Shown here: piece after piece, positions 1 to 10,200 of the stretch
Layout: every line of letters starts with the position of its first letter
Position numbering within the stretch: position 1 is the first letter of the stretch
Origin: Bradymonadia bacterium
GTDB lineage: Bacteria > Myxococcota_A > Bradymonadia > UBA7976 > UBA1532
NCBI GenBank assembly: GCA_046290225.1
Contig: JBKAGE010000038.1
Span: 256,001-320,000 of the forward strand
Direction: 5' to 3'
DNA length: 64,000 nt
Translations under genes and position numbers: made by a program
Notes under the pieces: model-generated
The model's database searches: none
Told to the model about the DNA's origin: nothing
Seen by the model: the letters and a program-made list of their open reading frames with translations, nothing else

Positions 1-749
1 CGGCAGAGCTCTCTGCCGATCGCGTGGGTCTCATCTGCGCAGGTGATCCCGAGGCGGCGGCCTCAGGCTTCTTCAAGCTCGCCAGCGGCATCGCCAGCGA
101 CAAGCTCAAGCCCGATCTCGCCGCCTTCGCCCGTCAGGTGGAGAGCCTCGCCTCGGCCCCTGAGGCCCGGCAGAAGCCTCGCCCCGACGACGACACCCTC
201 GACTGCTTCAGCACGCACCCCTACAACCCGGTTCGGGTCCGGGCGGTGTGGGCCTTCAGCCGCTCGAAGCCCTACCTCGATTATGTGGGCCGTTCGAGCC
301 ACGATGCCCTGTCGATGGAGCAGGTCGAATCGATCATCGAGCGCGATCTCACCCTGATGGATCCGATCTACCTACAAGAGAAAGGCGACGACGCCGACGC
401 CCTGCGCCGCTTGCTGTTCACTGCAGGCATCCTCGTGGCCGACGCCTATCAAGGGGTGACGCAGAGCGAGCTCGAGGCCCTGGGCCTACTTCTCGGTGAG
501 GAGTACGCATCGGCCCCGGATGACATCGAGCTGGCCCGCAAGAACTTCCCCGGCCGCCTCGAGGCGGTGAAGGGGCTGCCCCTGGCGAACAAGGCCGCCC
601 TGATCCAGCACCTGACCATCATCGCCGCAGCTGACGGCGTGGTACAGGAGGAAGAGCTCCGGGTCATGGAGGATGTCGCCCATCAGCTCGAGGTCGATAT
701 TCGCATCATTCACGATACGCTTCGGGGATCGATGCACCCCCTCGATTAG
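1..749 (+). CDS. M48-family metallopeptidase with C-terminal TerB-like domain (5' partial)
   Basis: Frame open from the window edge reads AELSADRVGL (M48 ExxAD motif) and FSTHPYNPVRV (M48 THP motif). The C-terminus IAAADGVVQEEELRVMEDVAHQL resembles TerB helices. HExxH would lie upstream of the window. Confidence 0.7.
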   Translation, partial: AELSADRVGLICAGDPEAAASGFFKLASGIASDKLKPDLAAFARQVESLASAPEARQKPRPDDDTLDCFSTHPYNPVRVRAVWAFSRSKPYLDYVGRSSHDALSMEQVESIIERDLTLMDPIYLQEKGDDADALRRLLFTAGILVADAYQGVTQSELEALGLLLGEEYASAPDDIELARKNFPGRLEAVKGLPLANKAALIQHLTIIAAADGVVQEEELRVMEDVAHQLEVDIRIIHDTLRGSMHPLD

Positions 750-1153
750 AGAGAGTTTCGGGCACGGGCACGGGCACGGGCACGGGCACGAGTTGATTCG
801 GCTGTGGACAGTGCAGCCTGAGGCTGCATGTCTTGGAGCGAGTGTAGGCCTGCGTAGCCGGCCGGAGGGAGCGGAAAGACACCCGGAGGGCTGTCCACTG
901 GTCAACCTGACCCGTAACCCTACATGACTCCGCTCGTGGGTGTGTGATGGTGGAGGCTCTACTCAGCCCCATGTGTCTCTCATTGGAGGCTTTGTCCTCC
1001 ATACACCCCAAGACTTGAAACCTCAGGTCGTTCTGAAGCGCACCATCTCAGCCTCAATGACAACCATCGCCCTGAACCCAGGATGGGTCACGGGTCCACA
1101 CCCGAATCAACTCGTGCCCGTGCCCGTGCCCGTGCCCGTGCCCGAAACTCTCT
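750..1153 (+). repeat. Non-coding inverted-repeat element, copy 1: (GGGCAC)5 arms plus 188-nt conserved core (MITE/REPIN-like or structured RNA)
   Basis: 750-809 and 1094-1153 are reverse complements at 59/60 positions and each holds 5 hexamers. Core 909-1096 aligns without gaps to the reverse complement of 30771-30958. Confidence 0.9.
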
Positions 1154-1290
1154 TTTCCAGACTGATCAGAAAGCGTTCACTTAAAGATCGGAACGCCCTT
1201 TGCTTATTCACCTCAGCAGGGTGTCAGAAAAGTGAACGTGCCCCACGGGACACCCTGACGAGACATCTGGCAATGAGAGGTGGTCTGATC

Positions 1291-1647
1291 ATGATTGAGT
1301 CTGCAGTGTTGACGATGTGCCCCGACCGTCATCGGTTTGTTCCTCCCCACGCAGAGGTGGAGGAATGGGTCGATCTCTCCCGTCGGGTCAGCCTGCGCCG
1401 CATCTTGCGCGCCCTGGTGATCCAGCACATCGACCACCCAGGTGAGACTCTCTCCTTTGATCAGCTCGTGAGCGTAGGCTGGCCCGGTGAGCGCATCATC
1501 CTCCGCGCCGCCCGCAACCGTCTGCACGTGGCTTTGAGCACCCTGCGTCGCTTTGGTGTGCAGATCGAGTTCCACGAGAGCGGCTGGCGACTGCCCCCTC
1601 ACATCAAGGTGACCTGGGCCGAGGAGGCCACCGAAGCTGCAGCCTGA
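1291..1647 (+). CDS. Stand-alone OmpR/PhoB-type winged-helix DNA-binding protein
   Basis: LRRILRALV...PGETLSFDQLVSVGWPGE...ARNRLHVALSTLRRFG resembles a Trans_reg_C wHTH. GAGAGG lies upstream of ATG 1291. The longer ORF from 940 runs through the repeat element and is not credible. Confidence 0.7.
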   Translation: MIESAVLTMCPDRHRFVPPHAEVEEWVDLSRRVSLRRILRALVIQHIDHPGETLSFDQLVSVGWPGERIILRAARNRLHVALSTLRRFGVQIEFHESGWRLPPHIKVTWAEEATEAAA

Positions 1648-1694
1648 GGCTCAGCATGTGTGCTCGCTCGACTCCGTGTTTGAGTGCACTTGAC

Positions 1695-3020
1695 CTATAA
1701 GTCGACCCGCGTCCAGCCATCTCCCCGCCAGAGGGTGGCAAAGACGCCGGCCTGTATCAGCCGGTACCCGAGCTGTACCGCCCAGATGGCCAACAGCCCC
1801 CACTGCAAGGTCGGGCCCACCAGATAGACCATGGGCAAGGCCAGCCCCCACTGCAATCCGATCGACCAGATCATGACCCGACGGCTGTCTCCCGCACCGA
1901 GCAGCGCGTTCTGAAACACCATGCCCATGGCGTCGAGGCCGATGGTGAGCCCCATCAAGCGCAGAGGCCATGCTGCGAGCACCTGAAGGTGGGGCTCTTT
2001 CAAGAACGCCGACAAGATCAGCTCGGGCATGATGATGGCGGGCAAGGCGATGAGCGACACCGCGATGGCGGCGAGCTTGGCTACGTCCTGCCCCCACATC
2101 CGTGCCCCTGATGCATCTTTCTGGCCGAGTGACTGGCCCACCAGCGAGGCCGCGGAGATGCCAAAGCCCAGCCCTGGCAGGATCGCCACCAACAGCAAAT
2201 CGGTGAGCACCTTGGTGGTGGCCAACTCGTCGATGCCCACCTTTTCTACCATCGTGTAGAAAGTGGTCATGCCCGCAGCGAAGAAGAATTGCTGCAGCCC
2301 TGCGGGCCCTGCAGTCCTCAAGATGGTGGCCAACGTGGCCCGGCTCGGCAGACCTCTGAGGAACCCACCCTCTCGGGCGTGCTGCCAGCCCAGATAGCAG
2401 TAGTACACCGTGCCGAGGAACAGCGAGGCCGAGGTGCCGATGCCTGCGCCTGCGACCCCCATAGCCGGCAAGCCCAGATGACCGAAGATGAGCACATAGC
2501 TGATGATGATGTTGGCGATGTGCATGTAGATGAGGGTGCGCATGTAGAGCCGCGACAAGTCGACGGCGTTCCAATACCCTCGGAAGGCGAAGTTGGCCCC
2601 CACGGCCACCATGGCCACCACACGGGCTCTGAAATACACCACGGCGTCGCCGATGAGCGCCTGATCGTCCGCGAGCAGATCGAACAGCTCGGGGGCCAGG
2701 GCATAAGCGACAATGCTGGCAGGCACGGCGATGATGCCCACGAGCACGAGGCCACCGTTGAGCGGGATGGCGGTCTCGTCGTGGCGCCCCTCCCCTTTTC
2801 GCCGTGCGGACATGGCCTGCACGCCCACCGACATCCCAGTGATGAACGCCACGCACATGAAGTTGGCGAAGCTTGCCAGCCCCACAGCAGCGAGGGCGGT
2901 CTTGCCGAGGGTGCCCACCATGGCGGCGTCCACCAGGTTGAGCACGTTCTGGGAGAACATGCCTCCGATGATGGGCAGGGCGAGGGTGAGAATGCGTCGA
3001 CGACGCTCGGCGGTCAGCAT
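1695..3020 (-). CDS. MATE family efflux transporter
   Basis: ILTLALPII...[38 protein letters not shown] and about 12 hydrophobic segments. The start could be 3020 or 3032. Confidence 0.92.
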   Translation of the reverse strand: MLTAERRRRILTLALPIIGGMFSQNVLNLVDAAMVGTLGKTALAAVGLASFANFMCVAFITGMSVGVQAMSARRKGEGRHDETAIPLNGGLVLVGIIAVPASIVAYALAPELFDLLADDQALIGDAVVYFRARVVAMVAVGANFAFRGYWNAVDLSRLYMRTLIYMHIANIIISYVLIFGHLGLPAMGVAGAGIGTSASLFLGTVYYCYLGWQHAREGGFLRGLPSRATLATILRTAGPAGLQQFFFAAGMTTFYTMVEKVGIDELATTKVLTDLLLVAILPGLGFGISAASLVGQSLGQKDASGARMWGQDVAKLAAIAVSLIALPAIIMPELILSAFLKEPHLQVLAAWPLRLMGLTIGLDAMGMVFQNALLGAGDSRRVMIWSIGLQWGLALPMVYLVGPTLQWGLLAIWAVQLGYRLIQAGVFATLWRGDGWTRVDL

Positions 3021-3075
3021 GGGGCGCACCATATCAGCAATGGGCCCCCTCTGCCTGTTGTTCACACTCCGCCGT

Positions 3076-3960
3076 TCAACACCGCCGGATGGCCACCAAT
3101 GCGTCTTTTCGCACCTTGGCGCAGGTGGCGGGGGTGAGCGTGAGCGGGATGGCGTCTTCGATTTCAGCAGGGCAGCCTTCGGCGCCCTGTGATGCCGCTG
3201 GAGATGGTGCGGGTGCAGAAAGAGCCTCAAGCCAGGGCTTTTCGTCGATGAGGCGCTCGAGATCATCCACCCCGAAACGAGGGCTTCGGACCCGCATCAG
3301 TTCGAAGACCATGCGCTGAAACGTCAGCTGATCGGCCTCGCTCGCGGCCCACATCAGATGTGCGAGGGAGCGAGATCGGATCAACGGCCCTGGCGTGAGG
3401 CCGCTGGCCTTCGCATCGAGCATGTGCATCAAGGTCGACCCCTGAGCAGGAGGCGCATCGGCGTTCTGCCATGCCTCCACCACCGCCTCGAGCAAGGTCA
3501 CGGGACACACTTCGGCCACGAACCCCTGAGGCCAGCCACCCTCGGGTCCTGTGAAGGCCCAATCTACGTCGCCCTCGGCGAAACGGGCCACCACCTGGTC
3601 CACGGTGTCACCATCCATGAGGGGACAGCCACCAGGAATGCGCACCACTGTCGTGGCACTCACAGCCCGTGCCGCATCCAGAAGCCGCTCGAGAGACGAG
3701 GACGCGTTGCTCCGATGGCACGAGACCCCGGCAACGGCACACCAGTCGGCGATGCCGTCGTCGTAGAGCTGATCTGAAGTCGAGACCCATACCGCCCTGA
3801 TCCGCCGTGCTCGACGCACCCTTTCGACAGTATGAGCCAGCAGGGTGCGCTCGGCGATGCGACTCAGCGTGTTCTGGCTGGCGCCAGTGCTGTCCAGGCT
3901 GACACTGATGAAGGCAACAGGCCGTTGCCGACTGTCGAAGCTCCGATATGACACATCCAT
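3076..3960 (-). CDS. SpsF/CMP-KDO-synthetase-like cytidylyltransferase-fold protein, nucleotide-binding motif degenerate
   Basis: [39 protein letters not shown] and WPQGFVAEV follow the SpsF pattern. The canonical QARMGSTRLPGK motif is absent. Confidence 0.65.
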   Translation of the reverse strand: MDVSYRSFDSRQRPVAFISVSLDSTGASQNTLSRIAERTLLAHTVERVRRARRIRAVWVSTSDQLYDDGIADWCAVAGVSCHRSNASSSLERLLDAARAVSATTVVRIPGGCPLMDGDTVDQVVARFAEGDVDWAFTGPEGGWPQGFVAEVCPVTLLEAVVEAWQNADAPPAQGSTLMHMLDAKASGLTPGPLIRSRSLAHLMWAASEADQLTFQRMVFELMRVRSPRFGVDDLERLIDEKPWLEALSAPAPSPAASQGAEGCPAEIEDAIPLTLTPATCAKVRKDALVAIRRC

Positions 3961-4130
3961 CTCCTCAGTCTCTTGAGAGTCGTCATATCAGTGGTGTTGT
4001 CTTGAGGTTTGCACGATGAGACCGGCTGAGCACGTGTGACCATTCAACAGATGTTTCACGCTGACCCAACCTTCATCCCTCGACCGGGCGGTGCCGATGA
4101 TTTGATCAAGACGGACAAGTGGCCAGCTGT

Positions 4131-5360
4131 ATGCTCGACGAAACCCTCGCATCGCACGCTCAAGATCTGGAGGCCGACGCCCTCCACGGTCGAAGGAGCT
4201 CGGAGGATGATGGTTTCGAGCGACGCGAGGGCATGACCATCAGCGATCCGATGGCCATGGCCCGCCACCTTGCGGGCCTGCCCAAGCCCCTCCCAATTCG
4301 CATTCTGAGAGAGCCGGACTGGCAGGCGATCCGCGGCCTGGTCCGCATCGACCGCCGCGTCGATCTCTCTGTTCTGCTCAAGCGTTTGCGCTATGCAGTG
4401 AACGAAGGCGCTGTGGACGAGAGCTGGGTGGGCACTTCGGTGATCATCTCCTACAACGCGCAGGGCAAGCCCTGGTCATATCGCTCGGTGGTCAGGAGCC
4501 TTCAGAGAGGGGGCTTCGTTGCAGACGCCCCCATCGAGCTTCGACAAGGGCAGCTCGCTCTCCCGGGCAACTCCTGGTTGTCACTGCCTGGAGACGAGCT
4601 CGCGGATCCACGGTTTACCCGCCTGCCCATCAAAACGGTGCACGATCTGCCCACGCGTATGGCCTTCATGAGCATGATCGGCGGTGACCTGCAACTCCGC
4701 AGTGGCCGCTGCTCGGAGATCAACCACCCCAAACGTGTGGGAGAGATCATCGAGCGCCTCATCATGAGCCCCTCGATGCTCCTGACAACTTCAGGGGATC
4801 ACGGGGCCTGTGAAGCTGTCCTGGAAGCCACTCAACCTGGGGTACCGGTGCTGATGTTGCGGTGCAACCACCGCGGCATGCTCCCGGTGCGCCGAGGTCG
4901 GGTGGTCTTCCTCACCGGCATGCTCGGTCGCGAGCAGTTCACCTTAAAGACTGTGGTGCTCAAGGTCGATGGGGAACGCCTCGCGCTCCGACGGCCCAAA
5001 GAGGTCTTCCGACTCCAACGGCGGAAGAAGGTGCGCTACGAGCTGCGCCACCAGTCTTTTACCGTCTCGCTCTGGGACGGGATGAACATGAACGCCGTCG
5101 AAGGTGTGGTGGACCTCTCCGAAGAAGGGATCGGGGTGCTCATCAACCCCGACTCCACCACCCGCGTCGGTGACGTCTACAAGCTGGTGCTCTCCATGGG
5201 CAAGAAGCAGACGATGGGCGTCACCGGCATCTGCGTCTCGTGCGGAGAGTCGGGCTGGCATTACCGTCGATGCGGCTTCGAATTCGTCGACATCGACGAC
5301 CGCTCGCGTCGTGTGATCCAGCACTGGCTCGACAAATTCGGCCGCCCTGTCGGGCGATAG
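4131..5360 (+). CDS. PilZ-domain (c-di-GMP-binding, YcgR/flagellar-brake-like) protein
   Basis: C-terminal QRRKKVRY (RxxxR), DLSEEGIG (DxSxxG) and RCGFEFVDID. The start is uncertain (4119, 4131 or 4233). Confidence 0.8.
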   Translation: MLDETLASHAQDLEADALHGRRSSEDDGFERREGMTISDPMAMARHLAGLPKPLPIRILREPDWQAIRGLVRIDRRVDLSVLLKRLRYAVNEGAVDESWVGTSVIISYNAQGKPWSYRSVVRSLQRGGFVADAPIELRQGQLALPGNSWLSLPGDELADPRFTRLPIKTVHDLPTRMAFMSMIGGDLQLRSGRCSEINHPKRVGEIIERLIMSPSMLLTTSGDHGACEAVLEATQPGVPVLMLRCNHRGMLPVRRGRVVFLTGMLGREQFTLKTVVLKVDGERLALRRPKEVFRLQRRKKVRYELRHQSFTVSLWDGMNMNAVEGVVDLSEEGIGVLINPDSTTRVGDVYKLVLSMGKKQTMGVTGICVSCGESGWHYRRCGFEFVDIDDRSRRVIQHWLDKFGRPVGR

Positions 5361-5452
5361 TCGAACTCACCAGAGCAGGCGTTCAACACTTCCCCACGCC
5401 CATGCTTTCAACGACGTGTACCTGATCTACAGTGTGATTTGAGCGGATGGAT

Positions 5453-5902
5453 CTAGGTGTGAACGCCTGCCTCGACGATGAGGCTGCCCGCTTCGCCATC
5501 GAAGGGCACACAGATCCGTCGGGCGGTCTGTCGCAGTGAAGGCACGGTGATGTCCCACCCCACGACCCCTCGGGGCATCTCGACGTCCACGGTGCCGGGG
5601 TCGAGGTGCTCGACGGCCTTTTTGGCAATGCTCTGTGCCAACTCGGCGAGGGCAGCGAGACGCTCACCCGGCGCGGCGTCGCTGTTGCCCACGAGGGCGT
5701 CGGCCATCATCGCCGGAGTACTCACCATGAATTCCAGAGGACGAGCACCCTCCTGCTTCAGGGTGACGAGCACGTTGTACTCGTAAGGGGTGAGGGCCGC
5801 TTCTCGAGAGAAGGGTCGCCCGGGCCTGCTGCCGGACTCCATGCGCTCAGCGAGGATCGCCCCCGTGCTCGACAGCAGCTTGTTGATCAGGTGAGCATCC
5901 AT
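5453..5902 (-). CDS. CheX-like chemotaxis phosphatase-fold protein (ExxN motif reads ExxQ)
   Basis: MDAHLINKLL...GRPF...AALAELAQSIA...VDVEMPRGVVG...VPFDGEAGSLIVE follows the CheX layout. Its ATG overlaps the upstream TGA (TGATG). Confidence 0.55.
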   Translation of the reverse strand: MDAHLINKLLSSTGAILAERMESGSRPGRPFSREAALTPYEYNVLVTLKQEGARPLEFMVSTPAMMADALVGNSDAAPGERLAALAELAQSIAKKAVEHLDPGTVDVEMPRGVVGWDITVPSLRQTARRICVPFDGEAGSLIVEAGVHT

Positions 5903-6123
5903 CAGGCCACCACGTTGAGCTTGCCACCTACACCCGTGGCCAGCGTCTTGGCCAGCAGATCCATGGCTGCCCTGGGCTCGGCCTCGTTGGCTTGCTTGAA
6001 GATTTTGAGCGCCGCAGCCTGCTGGGCTTGCGAAGTCGCCTGGCCACTCTCGTCGGTGGGTGCCGCGAGATCCGGGGGGGGCAATGGTTGAGCCTGACCG
6101 GCGCCGCCAATGACCATGTGCAT
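5902..6123 (-). CDS. YjfB-like small putative motility protein
   Basis: 73 aa; AALKIFKQANE...AMDLLAK...GVGGKLNVVA resembles the YjfB family C-terminus. RBS AGGAGG is present and the gene is coupled to the CheX-like gene. Confidence 0.6.
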   Translation of the reverse strand: MHMVIGGAGQAQPLPPPDLAAPTDESGQATSQAQQAAALKIFKQANEAEPRAAMDLLAKTLATGVGGKLNVVA

Positions 6124-6272
6124 ACCTCCTGTGACAGGTCCACCCCATGTTCATCGGCACGATGCCTCTTCAGCCCAACTGGGCGGGTCAGGGCGATCAC
6201 CCTGTGATAGACTCCGCCGTCGCTTCAGTCCGCCGAGTTGTGATGTCGCTTTATAGATGTCGATGGCACGTC

Positions 6273-7268
6273 ATGTGGCTTCCCCTGGCCCTCATGCTCA
6301 CGGTGCTCAGCCCGTCGGCGCAGGGCCGCACGACATCTGATGATGCAACGCGAGGCCCCCGTGTGCCCATCGGCCCCACCCTCCCCCTCTGCCCAATGAG
6401 CACCGGAGGCCTCGATCTGCAGATGGGCCGTGAAGATGTACCTGATGCAGGGGAAGAGCTGGCCCCTCTGAGCGAAGAGGCCCGCACAGCTCTGAGGCAG
6501 AGCCTGCGAGCGGCCTTCGAGGGGGCGTGGCCCCAGGCAATGCAGGCGGCCCTTCGCTCAGAGCACCGCCTGTGCCGTGGCCTCGACGTGGTCATGTGGC
6601 GACCGGTGCACGCTCGACGAGGAGGTGTGCGCCTGCTCTGGCGCCCCAAGGCTCGACAGGCATTGATGCTGCAGGTCCCCCACCCGTTCTTCGATCGAGG
6701 CACCCTGCCCCAGGGCGTCGAAATCTTCGAGCAGCTCGGCGCCCGCCTCCTGCTCATCAGCGGACACCACCGATGTGCTGACAGCACCCCCTCGCGGTGT
6801 GATGGGCTGACGCACGTCTGCAGTGAAGATGCTCAGCCCTATGCGCGATCTGACGTGGCACACAACCCCAACAGCCTCTTCCATCTGCTCCACGAGGAGG
6901 CGCAACAGCATTGGCCCGACGATGTGGTGATCAGTCTGCACGGGATGGGGGGTGCAGGCTTCAGTGTCTCTGATGGCACCCGAGGGCCAGTCTCAGAGGA
7001 CAGCCTCGTGGCTCGCTTGGTGCGGGCCCTGCTTCGTCACGCACCCGATCTCCAAACCACGACGTGCAACCCGTTCCCCCTGAGCCCGCTCGTGCCCCGG
7101 CTCTGTGGCACCACCAACGTACAGGGCCGGGCCATGAACGGCTCGCCCAACCCCTGTACCGCTGCAGCCCAGGTGGCCTCTGGATATTTTCTGCATGTGG
7201 AGCAGGGCCGAAAAGCCCGGGCCCAGCCGGAGCTTCTGCTCGAGGCCCTGAGACAGGTGCTTCGATAG
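6273..7268 (+). CDS. Secreted hypothetical protein, possibly a metal-dependent hydrolase
   Basis: Signal peptide MWLPLALMLTVLSPSAQG; His-rich motifs QVPHP, GHHRC, SDVAH and SLHG. Start uncertain. Confidence 0.55.
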   Translation: MWLPLALMLTVLSPSAQGRTTSDDATRGPRVPIGPTLPLCPMSTGGLDLQMGREDVPDAGEELAPLSEEARTALRQSLRAAFEGAWPQAMQAALRSEHRLCRGLDVVMWRPVHARRGGVRLLWRPKARQALMLQVPHPFFDRGTLPQGVEIFEQLGARLLLISGHHRCADSTPSRCDGLTHVCSEDAQPYARSDVAHNPNSLFHLLHEEAQQHWPDDVVISLHGMGGAGFSVSDGTRGPVSEDSLVARLVRALLRHAPDLQTTTCNPFPLSPLVPRLCGTTNVQGRAMNGSPNPCTAAAQVASGYFLHVEQGRKARAQPELLLEALRQVLR

Positions 7269-7275
7269 AGCCCCT

Positions 7276-10200
7276 TTACTGAGTCTCGCGCACCAGGATC
7301 ATCCACTGACCTGTGGCGAGGTTCGACGTGCCACACACCCGAGCGGCGTTGTACTCGCCCCAGTCGGTACCGTCGCTGCGGTTGCCCCGGCTGCCACCGT
7401 CGTTGAAGTCGATGATGAAGTCACCGCCATCGGCGCAGCTGTCTTCGGCCACCAGCTGCCCCTGGCCCCAGTTCACCCCAGCGTCGATCTCCATCCCTGT
7501 GAGGTTGTTGCGCCGTGCGGGGGGCGGCCCCACAGGCTCGTCGGGGGTGAAGAAGCAGCTGTCGGCGTCGATGCCGCTGACGATCTCGGCGTACCAACCA
7601 TTGTCGTAGAAGCTCAGGTCGACGGTCATCGGATCAAAGGAGCTGCCCGCCCGATGATCTCGACAGGCGAAGCGGATGTCGAAGCGATCGCCAAGGGCCA
7701 GCATGCCACCCCAGACGCCTGTGCTGAGGCCACGGGGTGCCAGCGAGCTCAGGTAGTCACCACCATCGATGACCCGATCGTCCATCGTACCGCTCCCCCG
7801 ACCGTTCGAGGGCACCGCGCTCGAGGCCACAGTGGTCCAACCACCACCATCGGTGTTCTGATCACACCACACCTCGAATCCACGTGACCCGGGATCGGGC
7901 TGGATGATCTGGATGCCACTGTTGACCTCGCCGGCCTGACGTGCGGCGAGACAGCTCGGGTAGACCACACAGTTCTCCACACCTTCGTCGCTGATGCCGT
8001 CACAGTCGTCATCGAAGGCGTTGCACACCTCCTGACCTGGCGGCTCGGGCGTCGCGTCGCAGACCGCCTCTCCTGTCTGGAGATCACACTCGATCTCGCC
8101 TTCGGCCTGGCACGCGCCGACGCCGACAATACAGTCGCTCTCGAGGGCGAAGTCTTCATCGGTGCTGCCATCACAGTCGTCGTCGATGCCGTTGCACAGC
8201 TCATCTTCTGGTGGAGCAGCCTCGGCGCTGCAGGTGGCAGCGCCATCAAGACCGCAAATCACCTGACCGGGGGCGGCGCACCCGCCGATGCCGCTCACAC
8301 ATGCGGTGCCGAGGTCGAAGCCTTCGTCTACAGTGCCGTCGCAGTCGTCGTCGAAGGTGTTGCAGGCCTCGATCTCCGGGGGCAGCGGATCGGCACCACA
8401 CACCGCCACACCCACGGCGCCGTCAGTGGCCGTGCCGCTGCGATGGAAGATGAACCGCTCCCAGATGCCGCTGGCGTTGACGATCTCCTCACCACATCGG
8501 AAGCCCGGACGAACCTTGTCGTCGCTGGTGTACCAGCACACCCGCTGGTTGCTCGCCACGTTCTCCACCCGATCACAGGTGAAGACGTCGATCTCCACCC
8601 CGGCAGGGGCGAAGCCCCAGGCGTAGTCGATGTTGAAGTACCAGTTCACCCCGTTGTGCTCGTTCTCCGGCCGGCGCTCGGCGAACTCCGTGGGCTCCAG
8701 GATCTCCGCCCTGTCACCCATGGCCGCCACCGAGAGCGCCTCGGAGCCGATGCGACGACAGCCCATGAGCAAGACGTCTTCGTCGCACCGACCCAGGATG
8801 GGGGGGTTCCCCGTGACAGGATCAGCATTGTTGATGGTGGTCTGCCCTTCTTCGTAGACCTCGAGCCAGCACAGTTCGAAACCACCTGCCTCAGCCTCGG
8901 CCACGGTGAGATCGTTGCGCACCCCAGTGAAGGCGAGGGCTTCCTGCTCGGGGGTGCCGCTGCACACGTTGACGCCACCAGAGACGCAAATGCCGACGCC
9001 CACCTGACAGGCCTGGCCGATCGTGTCGAAGCCCTCGTCGATGTTGCCGTCGCAGTCGTCGTCGAAGTCGTTGCACGCTTCGGGCACGGGCACGCCACCC
9101 GGATCCGAGCACACGATCTCGCCTTGAGCGTTGCACACCGTAGCGCCGTCGAAGGCGCACCGCCCGATGCCGCCACTGCACGGGTCGCCGAGATCGAAGC
9201 CTTCGTCGGTGGTGCCGTCGCAGTCGTCGTCCACCCCATTGCACACCTCGGCTTGTGGATCTCCGGCCACTGCGTCGCACACCTGCTCGCCGTCGGGACC
9301 ACAGACTGTCGCCCCCTGCACCTCGCAGGCGCCGATGCCCACGCTGCAGGGCGCCCCGGCGATGGCGTCTTCGTCGATGTTGCCGTCGCAGTCGTCATCC
9401 TCACCGTCACAGGTCTCCACACCGGGCTCACCGGGGGTGGCATCGCAGAAGGACCGCTCGAAGATCTCGTCGCACTGCACCACCCCCTCCACGGCGCAGA
9501 TCCCAACGCCCGCGAAACAGGGCTGGCCCACATCCGTGGGGTTCTCGTCGGTGAAGCTGTCGCAGTCGTCGTCTTCCCCGTTGCACAACTCTGGCTGGGG
9601 CTGGCCGAGCTCGGCATCACAGACAACTCGATCCCCACCAGCGGAGCACGCGAAGGTGCCCTGAGCCAGACATGCACCGATGCCGCTCAAGCATGGCTGC
9701 CCGAGGTTGTTGAAGTTCTCGTCGGTGGCCCCATCGCAGTCATCGTCGAGGCCGTTGCACAGCTCCGCCACAGGTGAGGGCCCCTGGGCGCCGCCGCAGG
9801 TGGTGCCGATGCGCTCGACGTCGCAGACCAGCTGACCCTCCACAGCACAGAGTCCGAGGCCCCGAATACAGGCCGTGCCGAGGTCGAAGTCTTCGTCGAC
9901 GCTGCCATCGCAGTCGTTGTCAGCCTCGTCGCAGCGCTCGTTCCTCGGGGTGATCTCGTTCTGGCACTGGCCAAAGGCCCCACCCGCACAGGTGCGGTTG
10001 CCGGCGCGACACAAACCCTGGTCGAGAGTGCCCTCGGCGCCGGTGTAGCAGACTTCAGTGAGGGCACCTCCGTTGGGGCCCTCGTCGAAGCTGCCGTCAC
10101 AATCGTCGTCGAGGCCATTGCAGGTTTCATCCTGAGGCTCGCCGATGTCGGCGACGCACGCCACGCCGCCGTTGCCATTGCAGGCCAGGGTGCCTTCGTC

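Noticed and set aside
750..1153. CRISPR array or retron interpretation of the repeat element
   Set aside because: The hexamers are contiguous with no unique spacers, and no cas or reverse-transcriptase gene is recognisable in the window. Action in trans cannot be excluded.
673..1290. ORFs with GHGHGH, PVPVPV or CPCPCP tracts (also 30685-30891 and 30905-31711)
   Set aside because: They are translations of the (GGGCAC)n arms; differences between the two copies are largely non-synonymous and the starts are not shared.
1638..1652. TGCAGCCTGAGGCT, matching the hairpin in the copy-1 insert
   Set aside because: Short match overlapping a stop codon in GC-rich DNA; cannot be distinguished from chance.
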